A DNA stretch of 64,000 bases. It comes from Candidatus Binatia bacterium (GTDB lineage: Bacteria > Desulfobacterota > Binatia > HRBIN30). The first letter of the stretch is position 1. Each line of letters begins with the position of its first letter. Positions 30,515-39,732 of this stretch are shown here, in pieces. The notes beneath the pieces were generated by a model. That model saw only the letters and a program-made list of their open reading frames with translations, was not told where the DNA came from and did no database searches. A program made the translations under genes and the position numbers. The DNA is taken from assembly GCA_038245295.1 (NCBI GenBank), contig JBBRSP010000004.1:160001-224000 (forward strand), given 5' to 3'.

Positions 30515-31720
30515 GTGCGAGTGATCGTCTTCACAACACTCTTTCCCAACGCCGTGGAACCGAGTCAGGGTACCTTTGTATTGGAACGTCTGCGGCACCT
30601 GGTAGCACGGCACGACATCGACGCGGTGGTCGTTGCGCCTGTCCCTTATTTCCCCACAGTGCCGGGCTTCGGACGCTGGTCTAAGATGGCGGCCGTGCCC
30701 TCGAGAGAAGTGATCGAAGGGTTGCCGGTATATCACCCGCGTTACCTCGTCACGCCGAAGGTAGGAATGTCGCTCTACCCCGTAACCCTGGCGCTGAGCG
30801 CCACCCGACTCATCGCCCGGCTGCGGCGTGACGGCTACGAGCTGGTCGATGCTCACTATCTCTATCCGGACGCAGTTGCCGCGGCGCTGTTGACGCAGCA
30901 GTTGCACATGCCCCTGGTGGTGACCGGACGTGGAAGCGACATCAACTACCTCCCCGAGTTCCGCATTCCCCGTCGTTGGATCGGCTGGGCGTTGCGCCGG
31001 GCCGACGGACGCGCGGCGGTCTGCACAGCCCTGGCGCACAGGATGCAGGAACTCGGCGGCGGCACACAGCCGACGACGGTTCTGCGCAACGGTGTCGACG
31101 CCACACGTTTTGCGCCGGGTAACCGCGCCGCGGCGCGAAGGGTTCTCGGTTTGTCGCCGCACGACACGATTATTGCCAGTGTCGGCTCTCTGATCGAACG
31201 TAAAGGCCACCACTTGGCCATCGAAGCGCTGGCTCAGCTGCGCCGCGAGGGCAGAACAAACCTGCGATTACTCATCGTCGGCTCTGGTCCCGAACAGCAA
31301 CGCTTGCGACGGCAGGCGCAACAGTTGGCAGTCGATGACTCGGTGATCCTGCATGGAACGCTGCCCCACGCTGAGATCGCCCGAGTCTTTGTCGCCGCCG
31401 ATCTCCTCCTGCTCGCGTCGCGCTCGGAAGGCTGGGCCAACGTATTGCTCGAGGCGTTGGCGTGCGGAACGCCGGTCGTCGCGACCGCCGTGCCAGGCAC
31501 CGTCGAGGCCGCGGGTTCTCCCGACGTCGGGGTTCTCTTTTCCGAGCGCAGCGGCGCCGGGGTCGCAGCCGCACTGCGACAAGGCCTGGGGCAATCGTGG
31601 AATGCGAAACATATCCGGGCTTACGCCGAGTCATTTTCCTGGGATGAAACATCGGATGGTCAGGTGGCGCTCTTCGACGCCGCGCGGCGCCACCATGCGG
31701 CGCGCCGGCAACTAACGTGA
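30515..31720 (+). CDS. GT4 glycosyltransferase (TuaC-like)
   Basis: TTLFPN, DAHYLYPD, RGSDIN, SEGWANVLLEALACG; GTG start inferred. Confidence 0.85.
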   Translation: MRVIVFTTLFPNAVEPSQGTFVLERLRHLVARHDIDAVVVAPVPYFPTVPGFGRWSKMAAVPSREVIEGLPVYHPRYLVTPKVGMSLYPVTLALSATRLIARLRRDGYELVDAHYLYPDAVAAALLTQQLHMPLVVTGRGSDINYLPEFRIPRRWIGWALRRADGRAAVCTALAHRMQELGGGTQPTTVLRNGVDATRFAPGNRAAARRVLGLSPHDTIIASVGSLIERKGHHLAIEALAQLRREGRTNLRLLIVGSGPEQQRLRRQAQQLAVDDSVILHGTLPHAEIARVFVAADLLLLASRSEGWANVLLEALACGTPVVATAVPGTVEAAGSPDVGVLFSERSGAGVAAALRQGLGQSWNAKHIRAYAESFSWDETSDGQVALFDAARRHHAARRQLT

Positions 31721-32883
31721 ATATCCTTTACCATCACCGAACCAAATCCCGTGACGGGCAGGCCATCCACATCGAGGAGCTGCAACGAGCTCTGCGGCAG
31801 CGGGGACACGAGGTCGTCGAGGTATCACCGCGTGCCGACGAGGACGTCCCTCTCGGGGGCGAAAGCGTCCGGCTCGCGCGCCTGGGAGCGGCCCTGCCGA
31901 CGAGCCTGCGCGAAGTCGCCGAGTGGGCCTACAACGCGATTTCGTATCGTGCGCTGGTCCGCACAATCCGCCGTCGCTGCCCCGATCTCATCTACGAGCG
32001 CTACGCGCTCGGCAACATTGCCGGCCTCGTCGCCGCGCAACAGTTTGGTATTCCACTGTTCCTCGAAGTCAATTCATCGCTGGCTAAAGAGCGCCAAGAC
32101 TTTGGGGGGCTGCGGTTTCCAAGCGTGGCACGCCATCTCGAGACGCAGCTGCTGCACCGCGCCGATCGTCTCTTTGTCGTATCCGAAGCCCTGCGCTCCC
32201 GGTTTGTCGCCGCGGGGCATCCACCGGAGCGGCTGGTCACGAGCCACAACGCCGTCGACCTTGAGCGCTTCGACCGCCGCTTGGCGGCGGAAGAAGCGAA
32301 GCGCCGGCTCGGACTCAGCGACAAGCTGATCATCGGTTTTACGGGCTTCATGCGAGAATGGCACCGCATTGATCAACTCATCGAAGTGATCGCGCGAGGC
32401 GACGGCGCTCTCTCACGAGCGCATCTGCTGATCGTCGGCGACAGTAAAGTGAGCGCACCGCTGCGCGCCCTGGCGGAGGCAAGCGGAGTCGGCAATCGCC
32501 TGACAATGACGGGAGTCGTCGCCCACGAGGACCTGGCATCGTACATCGCCGCGTTCGACGTCGCCGTGCAGGCCGGCAGCCCGGATTGTGCATCGCCACT
32601 CAAGCTGTTCGAGTATATGGCGATGGCCAAGGCGATCGTCATGCCCGACGTCGCCGGCGTCCGCGAGGTGGTCACCTCAGGTGCCGAGGCCTTGTTGTTT
32701 CGGCAAGACAGCCGCGACGATCTGACCAAAGCCATCCTGACGCTGCTCAACGATGCAGCCCTCCGCGAGCGCCTGGGCAACGCCGCCTACCATCGATTGG
32801 TCGCCGCCGGCCACACGTGGGACAACAACGCGGCGCGGATCGAGGAACAGTGGGCAGCCGTGCGCCGCTGCGCACGCAAGTAA
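31717..32883 (+). CDS. GT4 glycosyltransferase
   Basis: ILYHHR..DGQ.IH, IYERY, LEVNS, SPLKLFEYMA. Confidence 0.85.
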   Translation: MNILYHHRTKSRDGQAIHIEELQRALRQRGHEVVEVSPRADEDVPLGGESVRLARLGAALPTSLREVAEWAYNAISYRALVRTIRRRCPDLIYERYALGNIAGLVAAQQFGIPLFLEVNSSLAKERQDFGGLRFPSVARHLETQLLHRADRLFVVSEALRSRFVAAGHPPERLVTSHNAVDLERFDRRLAAEEAKRRLGLSDKLIIGFTGFMREWHRIDQLIEVIARGDGALSRAHLLIVGDSKVSAPLRALAEASGVGNRLTMTGVVAHEDLASYIAAFDVAVQAGSPDCASPLKLFEYMAMAKAIVMPDVAGVREVVTSGAEALLFRQDSRDDLTKAILTLLNDAALRERLGNAAYHRLVAAGHTWDNNAARIEEQWAAVRRCARK

Positions 32884-32908
32884 GCCCCGCAAAGCTGCAG
32901 GAGCATAG

Positions 32909-33802
32909 GTGCAGATTCGTAAACTCTCGAATGTCGTTGCTGTCGCTGCAGTCCTCGCAACCAGCCCCACAAGGGTCCTCGCCTGGGGCGACCAGGCACA
33001 TCGCATCATCTGCGCCATCGCCATGCGCGAAATGAGCGAATCATCAAGGCGCGAGGTCAACCGCCTCATCGCCATGGACGAGGAGTTTTCCAACTTCGCC
33101 GAGTCCTGCGTCTGGGCCGACCACCTGCGCGACAAGGCCCGGCGCCGTGGGGGCCCTGATGCGCGCGCACACGAACACTACATCAACGTCGCACGGACAA
33201 CGACGAAGATCCGCACCGACACCTGCACCCTCGCCGACGAGTGCCTGTTCAGCGCCCTCAAGTCGGACGAAAAGATCCTGTCCGACCGGCGTGCCAGCGA
33301 TGCCGACCGTCTCGCGGCACTCAAGTTTCTTGGTCACTGGATCGGCGATATCCATCAGCCGTTTCACGTCTCGTATGCCGACGACCGCGGAGGCAACTCG
33401 ATCGACACCAAAGGCGAATGCAGCTCGAATCTGCATGCCGCGTGGGACCAATGCCTCGTCCACAAACGTTTCCGGGTCGGCGACGCCGGCAAGATTGCGC
33501 AGAAATTGGCAAGCGGCATCACCGACGAGCAACGTAGGCAATGGACAGCCGTGCCGCCGGCGAGTTGGGCCGACGAGTCGTACCAGATCGTCACCTCGCC
33601 CGCGGTGAAGTACTGCGTCGAACACAACGGTACGTGTCGCTACTCGGCCCGCGAATTGGAGCTATCCCCACATAAGACGCATAAGATCGTCGCCATCGGC
33701 CCCGACTACATCGAGACCTATGGTCCCGTCGTTGAGGTACGATTGCAACAGGCGGGCGAACGGCTTGCCAACGTCCTCGACCGGTTGTTGGGGTCGCACT
33801 GA
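32909..33802 (+). CDS. S1/P1 nuclease, secreted
   Basis: Signal peptide then WGDQAH, WAD, HYIN, HWIGDIHQPFH, NLHAAWD, AG.RLA. Confidence 0.9.
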   Translation: MQIRKLSNVVAVAAVLATSPTRVLAWGDQAHRIICAIAMREMSESSRREVNRLIAMDEEFSNFAESCVWADHLRDKARRRGGPDARAHEHYINVARTTTKIRTDTCTLADECLFSALKSDEKILSDRRASDADRLAALKFLGHWIGDIHQPFHVSYADDRGGNSIDTKGECSSNLHAAWDQCLVHKRFRVGDAGKIAQKLASGITDEQRRQWTAVPPASWADESYQIVTSPAVKYCVEHNGTCRYSARELELSPHKTHKIVAIGPDYIETYGPVVEVRLQQAGERLANVLDRLLGSH

Positions 33803-33820
33803 ACCGGAGGCCGGAGCATC

Positions 33821-35794
33821 ATGGCTGAAGCGATTGTCACGGGCGGGTATTGGCAGGGGCGTCTGGCCGTCAACGCGGCTCGGGCCATTTTTCACCAACT
33901 CGAGGAATTGGAGAAAGCCGGCACGATCGACAACTTCCGCATCGCCGTCGGCGAGCTCGACGGATTCCGCGAGGGACTCTTCTTTACCGACTCCGACTTC
34001 TACAAGTGGCTGGAGGCGGCGGCGCGGATACAGCGGACACACCCGACTGCGGAGCTAGCGAGATTACTCGACGACTCGATCGCCCTGGTCGGGCGCGCCC
34101 AGGCGGCGGACGGCTATCTACACACGTACAACCAGATCCACTTTCGCGGGCGGCGGTGGATCAATCTGCAGATCGAACACGAGTTATATTGCTTCGGCCA
34201 CCTGATCGAAGCCGGCGTGTCACGCCTCGAGGCGACCGGGCACACCGACCTGCTCAATATCGCGCGCCGCGCCGCTGATTGCCTGGTCCGCGATTTCGCC
34301 GGCAAGGATCCTGCCTTCACACCCGGACACGAAGGGATCGAGCTGGCGCTGCTGCGTTTGTACGGCATCACACAAGCCGAAGCGTATCGACGCCTGGCGC
34401 AGCAATTCGTCGAGCAACGCGGCCGCATCAAACCCTTTGGCCCAACCATGCTGCGTCAACTCGCCAGTGTGGCGCGGCGGATCATCGTGATCGAAGGGAA
34501 GAGGAGACGCTTCTATCGCGCCCATCCGGACCACAGGCGGTACCATGACGAACCATGGAATTTCGCCCGCAAGCCGCGCGGGATCGGTTGGCGCTGGCTG
34601 CGGAACATGCTCGACGGCCGCTACCTGCAGCAACACGCACCGGTACGAGATTCCCATTCCCCCGAAGGACATGCAGTCTGCTTCGGTTACTTTCAAACCG
34701 GCACCGCCATGCTGCTGCAAGCCAATGGTGATCAGAGCCTGCTTCCTGCTCTGCAAGCAGCGTGGGAGCACATGGTCACCCGGCGCATGTATGTCACCGG
34801 TGGCCTTGGCTCGTTACCCGGCATCGAGGGCTTCGGCGCCGACTACGAGCTCGATCCGGAGTATGCCTACACGGAGAGCTGCGCCGCCCTCGCCAACATT
34901 TTCTGGAACTGGGAGATGGCGAAGATTACCGGCGAGGCCAAGTACAGCGATTTACTCGAGTGGCAGCTGTACAACGCCGCTGCGGTCGGCATGGGGCAAA
35001 CCGGTACGACCTATTTCTACAACAACCCGCTGCTGTGCCGTGGCGGGGTGGTGCGCCGTCCCTGGTTCAAGGTTCCGTGTTGCCCGTCGAATCTTTCACG
35101 TGTCTTCGCCAATCTGGCGCAATACATCGCGACCGAGGACGGGCGTTCGGTGTGGCTACACCAATACGTCACCAGCTCCGTGACGACGCGTCATGTTAGA
35201 CTCGAAATCTCCGCAGACCTTCCCTGGCAGGGACGTGTGAAGATCAAGGTCGAACCCGTGAACGACGCCAGTCACGAGTTCACGTTGCACCTGCGTATTC
35301 CGTCCTGGGCTCTCTCGTCGGATCCGCTGTGCGTCATGGTGAATGGAGCCTCGATCGCGACCTCACGACTCAGCACCGTCGCCGTAAGCCCGGAACCAAC
35401 GGCACATGGATACGATCCGCGCCAAGCGATCTTTGTCCAGATCACGCGCACGTGGTCCGCCGGTGATTGCGTCGAAGTCGATTTTCCCATGCCGGTTCTG
35501 ATCCGGCGGGCCCATCCGAAAGTCGCAGGGCATACGGGGAAGGCGGCGGTGACCCGTGGTCCGCTTGTTTATGCCAGCGAGTCCACCGACAATCCCGAGG
35601 TTGATGTCGCTGACGTGCGCCTGTTGGCAGGGTCTTTCGAGCCAGTGTGGGATGACACACTCCTCGGTGGCATCTTCAAAATCCAGGCGAGAGCCGAGAT
35701 TGGTCAGCCAGTCGTCCTCATCCCCTACCATCTCTGGGGCAATCGTGGCGCGTCCCAGATGAGGGTGTGGGTGAATCTCGCTCCTCAGGCCTAA
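33821..35794 (+). CDS. GH127 beta-L-arabinofuranosidase-like protein
   Basis: DSDFYKWLEA, HELYCFGH, MYVTGG, YTESCA, PCCP, RGPLVY. Confidence 0.88.
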   Translation: MAEAIVTGGYWQGRLAVNAARAIFHQLEELEKAGTIDNFRIAVGELDGFREGLFFTDSDFYKWLEAAARIQRTHPTAELARLLDDSIALVGRAQAADGYLHTYNQIHFRGRRWINLQIEHELYCFGHLIEAGVSRLEATGHTDLLNIARRAADCLVRDFAGKDPAFTPGHEGIELALLRLYGITQAEAYRRLAQQFVEQRGRIKPFGPTMLRQLASVARRIIVIEGKRRRFYRAHPDHRRYHDEPWNFARKPRGIGWRWLRNMLDGRYLQQHAPVRDSHSPEGHAVCFGYFQTGTAMLLQANGDQSLLPALQAAWEHMVTRRMYVTGGLGSLPGIEGFGADYELDPEYAYTESCAALANIFWNWEMAKITGEAKYSDLLEWQLYNAAAVGMGQTGTTYFYNNPLLCRGGVVRRPWFKVPCCPSNLSRVFANLAQYIATEDGRSVWLHQYVTSSVTTRHVRLEISADLPWQGRVKIKVEPVNDASHEFTLHLRIPSWALSSDPLCVMVNGASIATSRLSTVAVSPEPTAHGYDPRQAIFVQITRTWSAGDCVEVDFPMPVLIRRAHPKVAGHTGKAAVTRGPLVYASESTDNPEVDVADVRLLAGSFEPVWDDTLLGGIFKIQARAEIGQPVVLIPYHLWGNRGASQMRVWVNLAPQA

Positions 35795-35901
35795 CGACAA
35801 CCGCCGAGCCGCATTCGCGGCGGCGCACTCGACCGACCGCGCCGATCCCGAAAATGGGAACGGCCCGGGTCACAGGACTTGCCTCCCCTCGCACCGCCCA
35901 G

Positions 35902-35917
35902 CGGCATGGATCGTGCG
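35902..35917 (+). promoter_or_regulatory. Possible sigma54 promoter for the radical SAM gene
   Basis: CGGCATGGATCGTGCG, GG-N10-GC, weaker -12 element. Confidence 0.4.
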
Positions 35918-35943
35918 ATCGTCTGATCTCTATGGAGGACGCG

Positions 35944-37134
35944 ATGCGCGACGTATCTCAATCGCAACCAACTGATCCGGGTAGCCATCCTGCCGGACTT
36001 CCTCTCATGAAGGGCGGCGGCCGCCCCGCGGCAACCGACTATGCCGAAGCCCCGTTCCTGGTCATCTGGGAAACCACCCAATCCTGTGACCTTGCCTGTC
36101 GTCACTGTCGTGCGTCGGCGCAACCGCTGCGCCACCCGGCGGAGCTGACAACAGCCGAAGGTGAGCGGTTGCTCGACCAGACGGCAGAGATGGGAACCCC
36201 GGTCTTCATCTTGAGCGGCGGCGACCCGTCGAAGCGGCCGGACCTCTGCACGCTGATTCGCTACGGTAAGCGACTTGGGCTGCGCATGGGCACGATCCCC
36301 GCCGCCTCCGCCGCATTGACGGCAAACGTCGTGCACCAACTGAAGGATAGCGGCCTGGATCAGATGGCGTTGAGTCTCGATTTCCCAACCGCGGCCTTAC
36401 ACGACGAGTTTCGCGGCGTCCCCGGGGCCTTTGCCCGTACCATGGCGGCCATCGAATGGGCGCACCGTTGCGAGTTACCCCTTCAGATCAATACGACGAT
36501 CAGCGGTCGCTCCGCTCCGTATTTAGAAGACATGGTCAAGCTGGTCGAGAAACTGGGTATCGTCTTTTGGGAGGTCTTCTTCCTCGTCCCAGTCGGTCGC
36601 GGAGAGGCACTGGGTGGGATGACACCCGAGCAGTGCGAAGATCTCTTCGAAATCCTCTACCGCGTCCAGAAGAGCTCTCCTTTTGTGGTGAAAGTCACCG
36701 AAGCACCGCACTACCGTCGTTATGTCGCGCAGCGCGAAGACGCGCGCGGCGGCACCATGCCGCAGCTCCTGCAGCGCTCCGAAGGGCCCGGGCATACGGT
36801 TGGATTGGCCCCACGCGGCGTCAACGCCGGCAATGGTTTTGCCTTCGTTTCACATACCGGCGACGTTTATCCGAGCGGCTTCCTACCGCTCAATGCCGGC
36901 AACGTGCGCTCGCAATCGCTCATCGACATCTATCGCAACCATCCGCTGTTCCGAGAACTGCGCAACCCCGACGCCTTGCTCGGGCGCTGCGGGCACTGCG
37001 AGTATCGTACCCTCTGTGGTGGCTCGCGCTCGCGCGCCTACGCCCTCACCGGGAACTACCTGGCGACGGACCCTTGGTGCGGGTATGTGCCGACCATCAA
37101 TCGCACGGCACATTGTGCAAAGGCCGCAAATTGA
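35944..37134 (+). CDS. Radical SAM/SPASM protein (TIGR04053-like, related to the Ahb heme-synthesis group)
   Basis: WETTQSCDLACRHC, SGGDP, TEAPHYRR, CGHCEYRTLCGGSRSRAY..DPWC; GGAGGA RBS. Confidence 0.85.
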   Translation: MRDVSQSQPTDPGSHPAGLPLMKGGGRPAATDYAEAPFLVIWETTQSCDLACRHCRASAQPLRHPAELTTAEGERLLDQTAEMGTPVFILSGGDPSKRPDLCTLIRYGKRLGLRMGTIPAASAALTANVVHQLKDSGLDQMALSLDFPTAALHDEFRGVPGAFARTMAAIEWAHRCELPLQINTTISGRSAPYLEDMVKLVEKLGIVFWEVFFLVPVGRGEALGGMTPEQCEDLFEILYRVQKSSPFVVKVTEAPHYRRYVAQREDARGGTMPQLLQRSEGPGHTVGLAPRGVNAGNGFAFVSHTGDVYPSGFLPLNAGNVRSQSLIDIYRNHPLFRELRNPDALLGRCGHCEYRTLCGGSRSRAYALTGNYLATDPWCGYVPTINRTAHCAKAAN

Positions 37135-37231
37135 GCTGGATTCCCACAACGGCCTCTCCCGCATCGATCGGACACCCCGACGACGGGTAAGGGCCGGGGT
37201 GATTGTGACGGCTAGTAAAACAGCGCCCTTG

Positions 37232-37263
37232 TTCATGTTCGTTTCATGGAGCGCGGTTACGCT
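37232..37263 (+). promoter_or_regulatory. OmpR-family direct repeat plus -10 box for the efflux operon
   Basis: TTCATG at 37232 and 37243 (11-bp period); TACGCT at 37258. Confidence 0.45.
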
Positions 37264-37271
37264 GCCGGGCA

Positions 37272-38510
37272 ATGAAAGCCTTTCGGCAACTTGCCTTTGG
37301 ACTCCTCGGCATCGCCTCGACGAGCGCGGCTCAGCCGTTGCCGCTCGAAGGGGTACTGCGCCAGGTGCGCCACAACGCCCCGCAGGTGGGAACGGCGCGT
37401 GAGCGACTGGCCGCGGCGCGCGGTGCGCTCGATCAAGCCGACCGTCTCCCCAATCCATTCCTCGAGCTGCGCCAGGAAAATCTGACGTTCAACTCACACG
37501 GCCCGGTCGCCAACGATCCATCGCTCGATTTCTTTGCGACGCTCAGCCAGCCGCTCGAGCTCGGCGGCAAACGTGCGGAACGGCGGGCCATTGCCGCTGC
37601 CGACGTTACCGTCGCCAGTGCCGACGGCCAGCGTGTCGAGCGCGAGCTCATCATCGAAACCGCTCGCCGCTACCTCGCCGCCGTGCGGGCACGCGAGGAG
37701 CTCCGGATGCTGCAGGAAGCACGCACCGACTTTCAGTTGCTGGTGCAAACCATGGAACGACGCGTCATCGAAGGGTACGCGCCGGAAGCCGACCTGATGA
37801 AGTTCCGCACCGAGGCGGCGCGCCTGGATGCATCGGTGACGCAAGTTCGCATCGATGGCATGCGCCATCGCAGCGCCCTCGCGGCGCTCCTCGGCGAGCC
37901 CACCCCGGTCACCGACGAGCGCCTGGTGGTGCCGGCGCCCCTGGCCCCGCCGACCGGCGATCGCCCGAGTCTCGTCGAAGCTGCCGTCCGTCGGCACCCC
38001 GAGATGCAAGCTGCCCTGGCGCGTGTCGAGCGCGCCGAACATGTCCTGGAGCTCGAGCGCGCACGCCGCATCCCCGATCCGGCTCTTACCGCGGGGTACA
38101 AGCGTACCGCCGGTGTCGACACGATGGTCACCGGCGTAACGGTCGCCCTGCCCGTCTTCGATGCGAATCAGGGCAACGTCACACGCGCCGGTGCCGAAGC
38201 CAGCGCCACGGCGTTCGAGCGGGAGACTCTGCGCCGCCAGCTCACCGCCGAAATCGAGACACTCCTCGTGACTGCTGACGAGCTGGGACTACGCGCGCAA
38301 CGCATTGACGCCGAACTGCTGCACCCAGCCGACGTCGTGCGCAGCGCCGCCCGCTCGGCGTTCCGCGAAGGCGCGACCAATATTCTGCAGCTTGTCGATG
38401 CGGAACGCGTGTTCACCGACGCGCACCGCACGGCAGTGAACCTGGCTCTCGATGCCTATGCGGCGGCGCTCGCCGCCCGTCTCAGCTGCCTGGAGGAAGC
38501 TCTTCCATGA
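37272..38510 (+). CDS. czcC: TolC/CzcC family outer membrane efflux protein
   Basis: Signal peptide; LPNP, QPLELGGKR, LPVFD.NQG; operon context. Confidence 0.8.
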   Translation: MKAFRQLAFGLLGIASTSAAQPLPLEGVLRQVRHNAPQVGTARERLAAARGALDQADRLPNPFLELRQENLTFNSHGPVANDPSLDFFATLSQPLELGGKRAERRAIAAADVTVASADGQRVERELIIETARRYLAAVRAREELRMLQEARTDFQLLVQTMERRVIEGYAPEADLMKFRTEAARLDASVTQVRIDGMRHRSALAALLGEPTPVTDERLVVPAPLAPPTGDRPSLVEAAVRRHPEMQAALARVERAEHVLELERARRIPDPALTAGYKRTAGVDTMVTGVTVALPVFDANQGNVTRAGAEASATAFERETLRRQLTAEIETLLVTADELGLRAQRIDAELLHPADVVRSAARSAFREGATNILQLVDAERVFTDAHRTAVNLALDAYAAALAARLSCLEEALP

Positions 38511-39730
38511 ATCCACGCCGTATTCCCACCGCCGGTATCGGCGTCCTCGCCACCGTCGCCGGGCTCGCCTTGCTGCTCGCCGCCTGGCGCTGGCGCAGTG
38601 CGACGCCGACGCCCGAAGCGACGCAGCCAACTCCTCCCACCGCCTCCGACACCGTGCATTTGGATGCCGCCGCACAGGCCGGCGCCGGTCTTGAAATCGT
38701 CATCGTCGCCAAACACGAGCAGCGCGAGCGCCTCGAGGCACCTGGCGTGCTGGCGCTCGACGAAACGCACACGGCACGCCTCGGCTCGGTGGTGGAGGGC
38801 AACGTCTTGACCACCTCGGCAGGCGTCGGTGACCGTGTCGCCGCCGGACAGGTCCTCGCCCAGTTGCATAGTCGGGTCATCCACGAAGGCTGGGCCGCCT
38901 ATCGCAAGGCCGTCGCCGAACGAAAGCGAGCCAACACCGAGCTCGTCTACTCGGTGCAAGCACATCAGCGGGCCCAACGTCTCTACAACGACAAGGCGAT
39001 CTCCCTGCAGGAAGTGCAGCGGGCATTGGCGGATCGGCAGGCGGCGGAACAGAACCTCGACATGGCCGTGACCGAGGTACGTCGAGGCGAAGAGGCGTTG
39101 GAACATCTAGGCATTACCTCTGGCGACGATCCGAGCGGCGAGAGCGGTGAGCAGATCCCGGTGCGCTCGCCTCTCGATGGCGCGGTGCTTGAACGAAGCG
39201 TCACCACCGGCACCGCCGTCACACCAGGCATGGGCCTGTTCGTTGTCAGCGATCTGTCGATCCTCTGGGCGCTGGCCGAGATCGATGAAACTAAACTGCC
39301 ACGCGTACGCGTCGGCCTGCCCGTCGAGGTGCGTGTCGCCGCCTACCCAGGCGAGGCATTTCCGGGGAGCATCATCTTCGTCGCCGATACACTCGACCCG
39401 AAAACCCGCCGCATTACTGTTCGCTGTCGGGTCGCCAACGTCGAAGGTCGATTGAAGCCACAGATGTTCGCCACCATCGCCGTCGAGGAAGCTTCCGCCC
39501 GCATGCTTACAGCCGTGCCGGCAGCCGCCATCCAGGAGATCGACGCACATCCCGTGGTCTTTGTCGCCGAGGCAGACGACGTATTCCGCCGCCGCGCCGT
39601 CAAGATCGGCAGCGAAACGGATGGGTGGATCGAAATCGTCGACGGCCTTCAGCCCGGCGAACGAATCGTCGCCTCCGGTAGCTTCCTGCTCAAATCGGAG
39701 CTCCTGAAGACAGTGACGGCGGGGGACTAG
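38507..39730 (+). CDS. czcB: RND efflux membrane fusion protein (CzcB-like)
   Basis: VRSPLDG, DLS.LW, LDPKTR, LKP.MF, GLQPGERIV..GSF.LKSE. Confidence 0.83.
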   Translation: MNPRRIPTAGIGVLATVAGLALLLAAWRWRSATPTPEATQPTPPTASDTVHLDAAAQAGAGLEIVIVAKHEQRERLEAPGVLALDETHTARLGSVVEGNVLTTSAGVGDRVAAGQVLAQLHSRVIHEGWAAYRKAVAERKRANTELVYSVQAHQRAQRLYNDKAISLQEVQRALADRQAAEQNLDMAVTEVRRGEEALEHLGITSGDDPSGESGEQIPVRSPLDGAVLERSVTTGTAVTPGMGLFVVSDLSILWALAEIDETKLPRVRVGLPVEVRVAAYPGEAFPGSIIFVADTLDPKTRRITVRCRVANVEGRLKPQMFATIAVEEASARMLTAVPAAAIQEIDAHPVVFVAEADDVFRRRAVKIGSETDGWIEIVDGLQPGERIVASGSFLLKSELLKTVTAGD

Positions 39731-39732
39731 CC

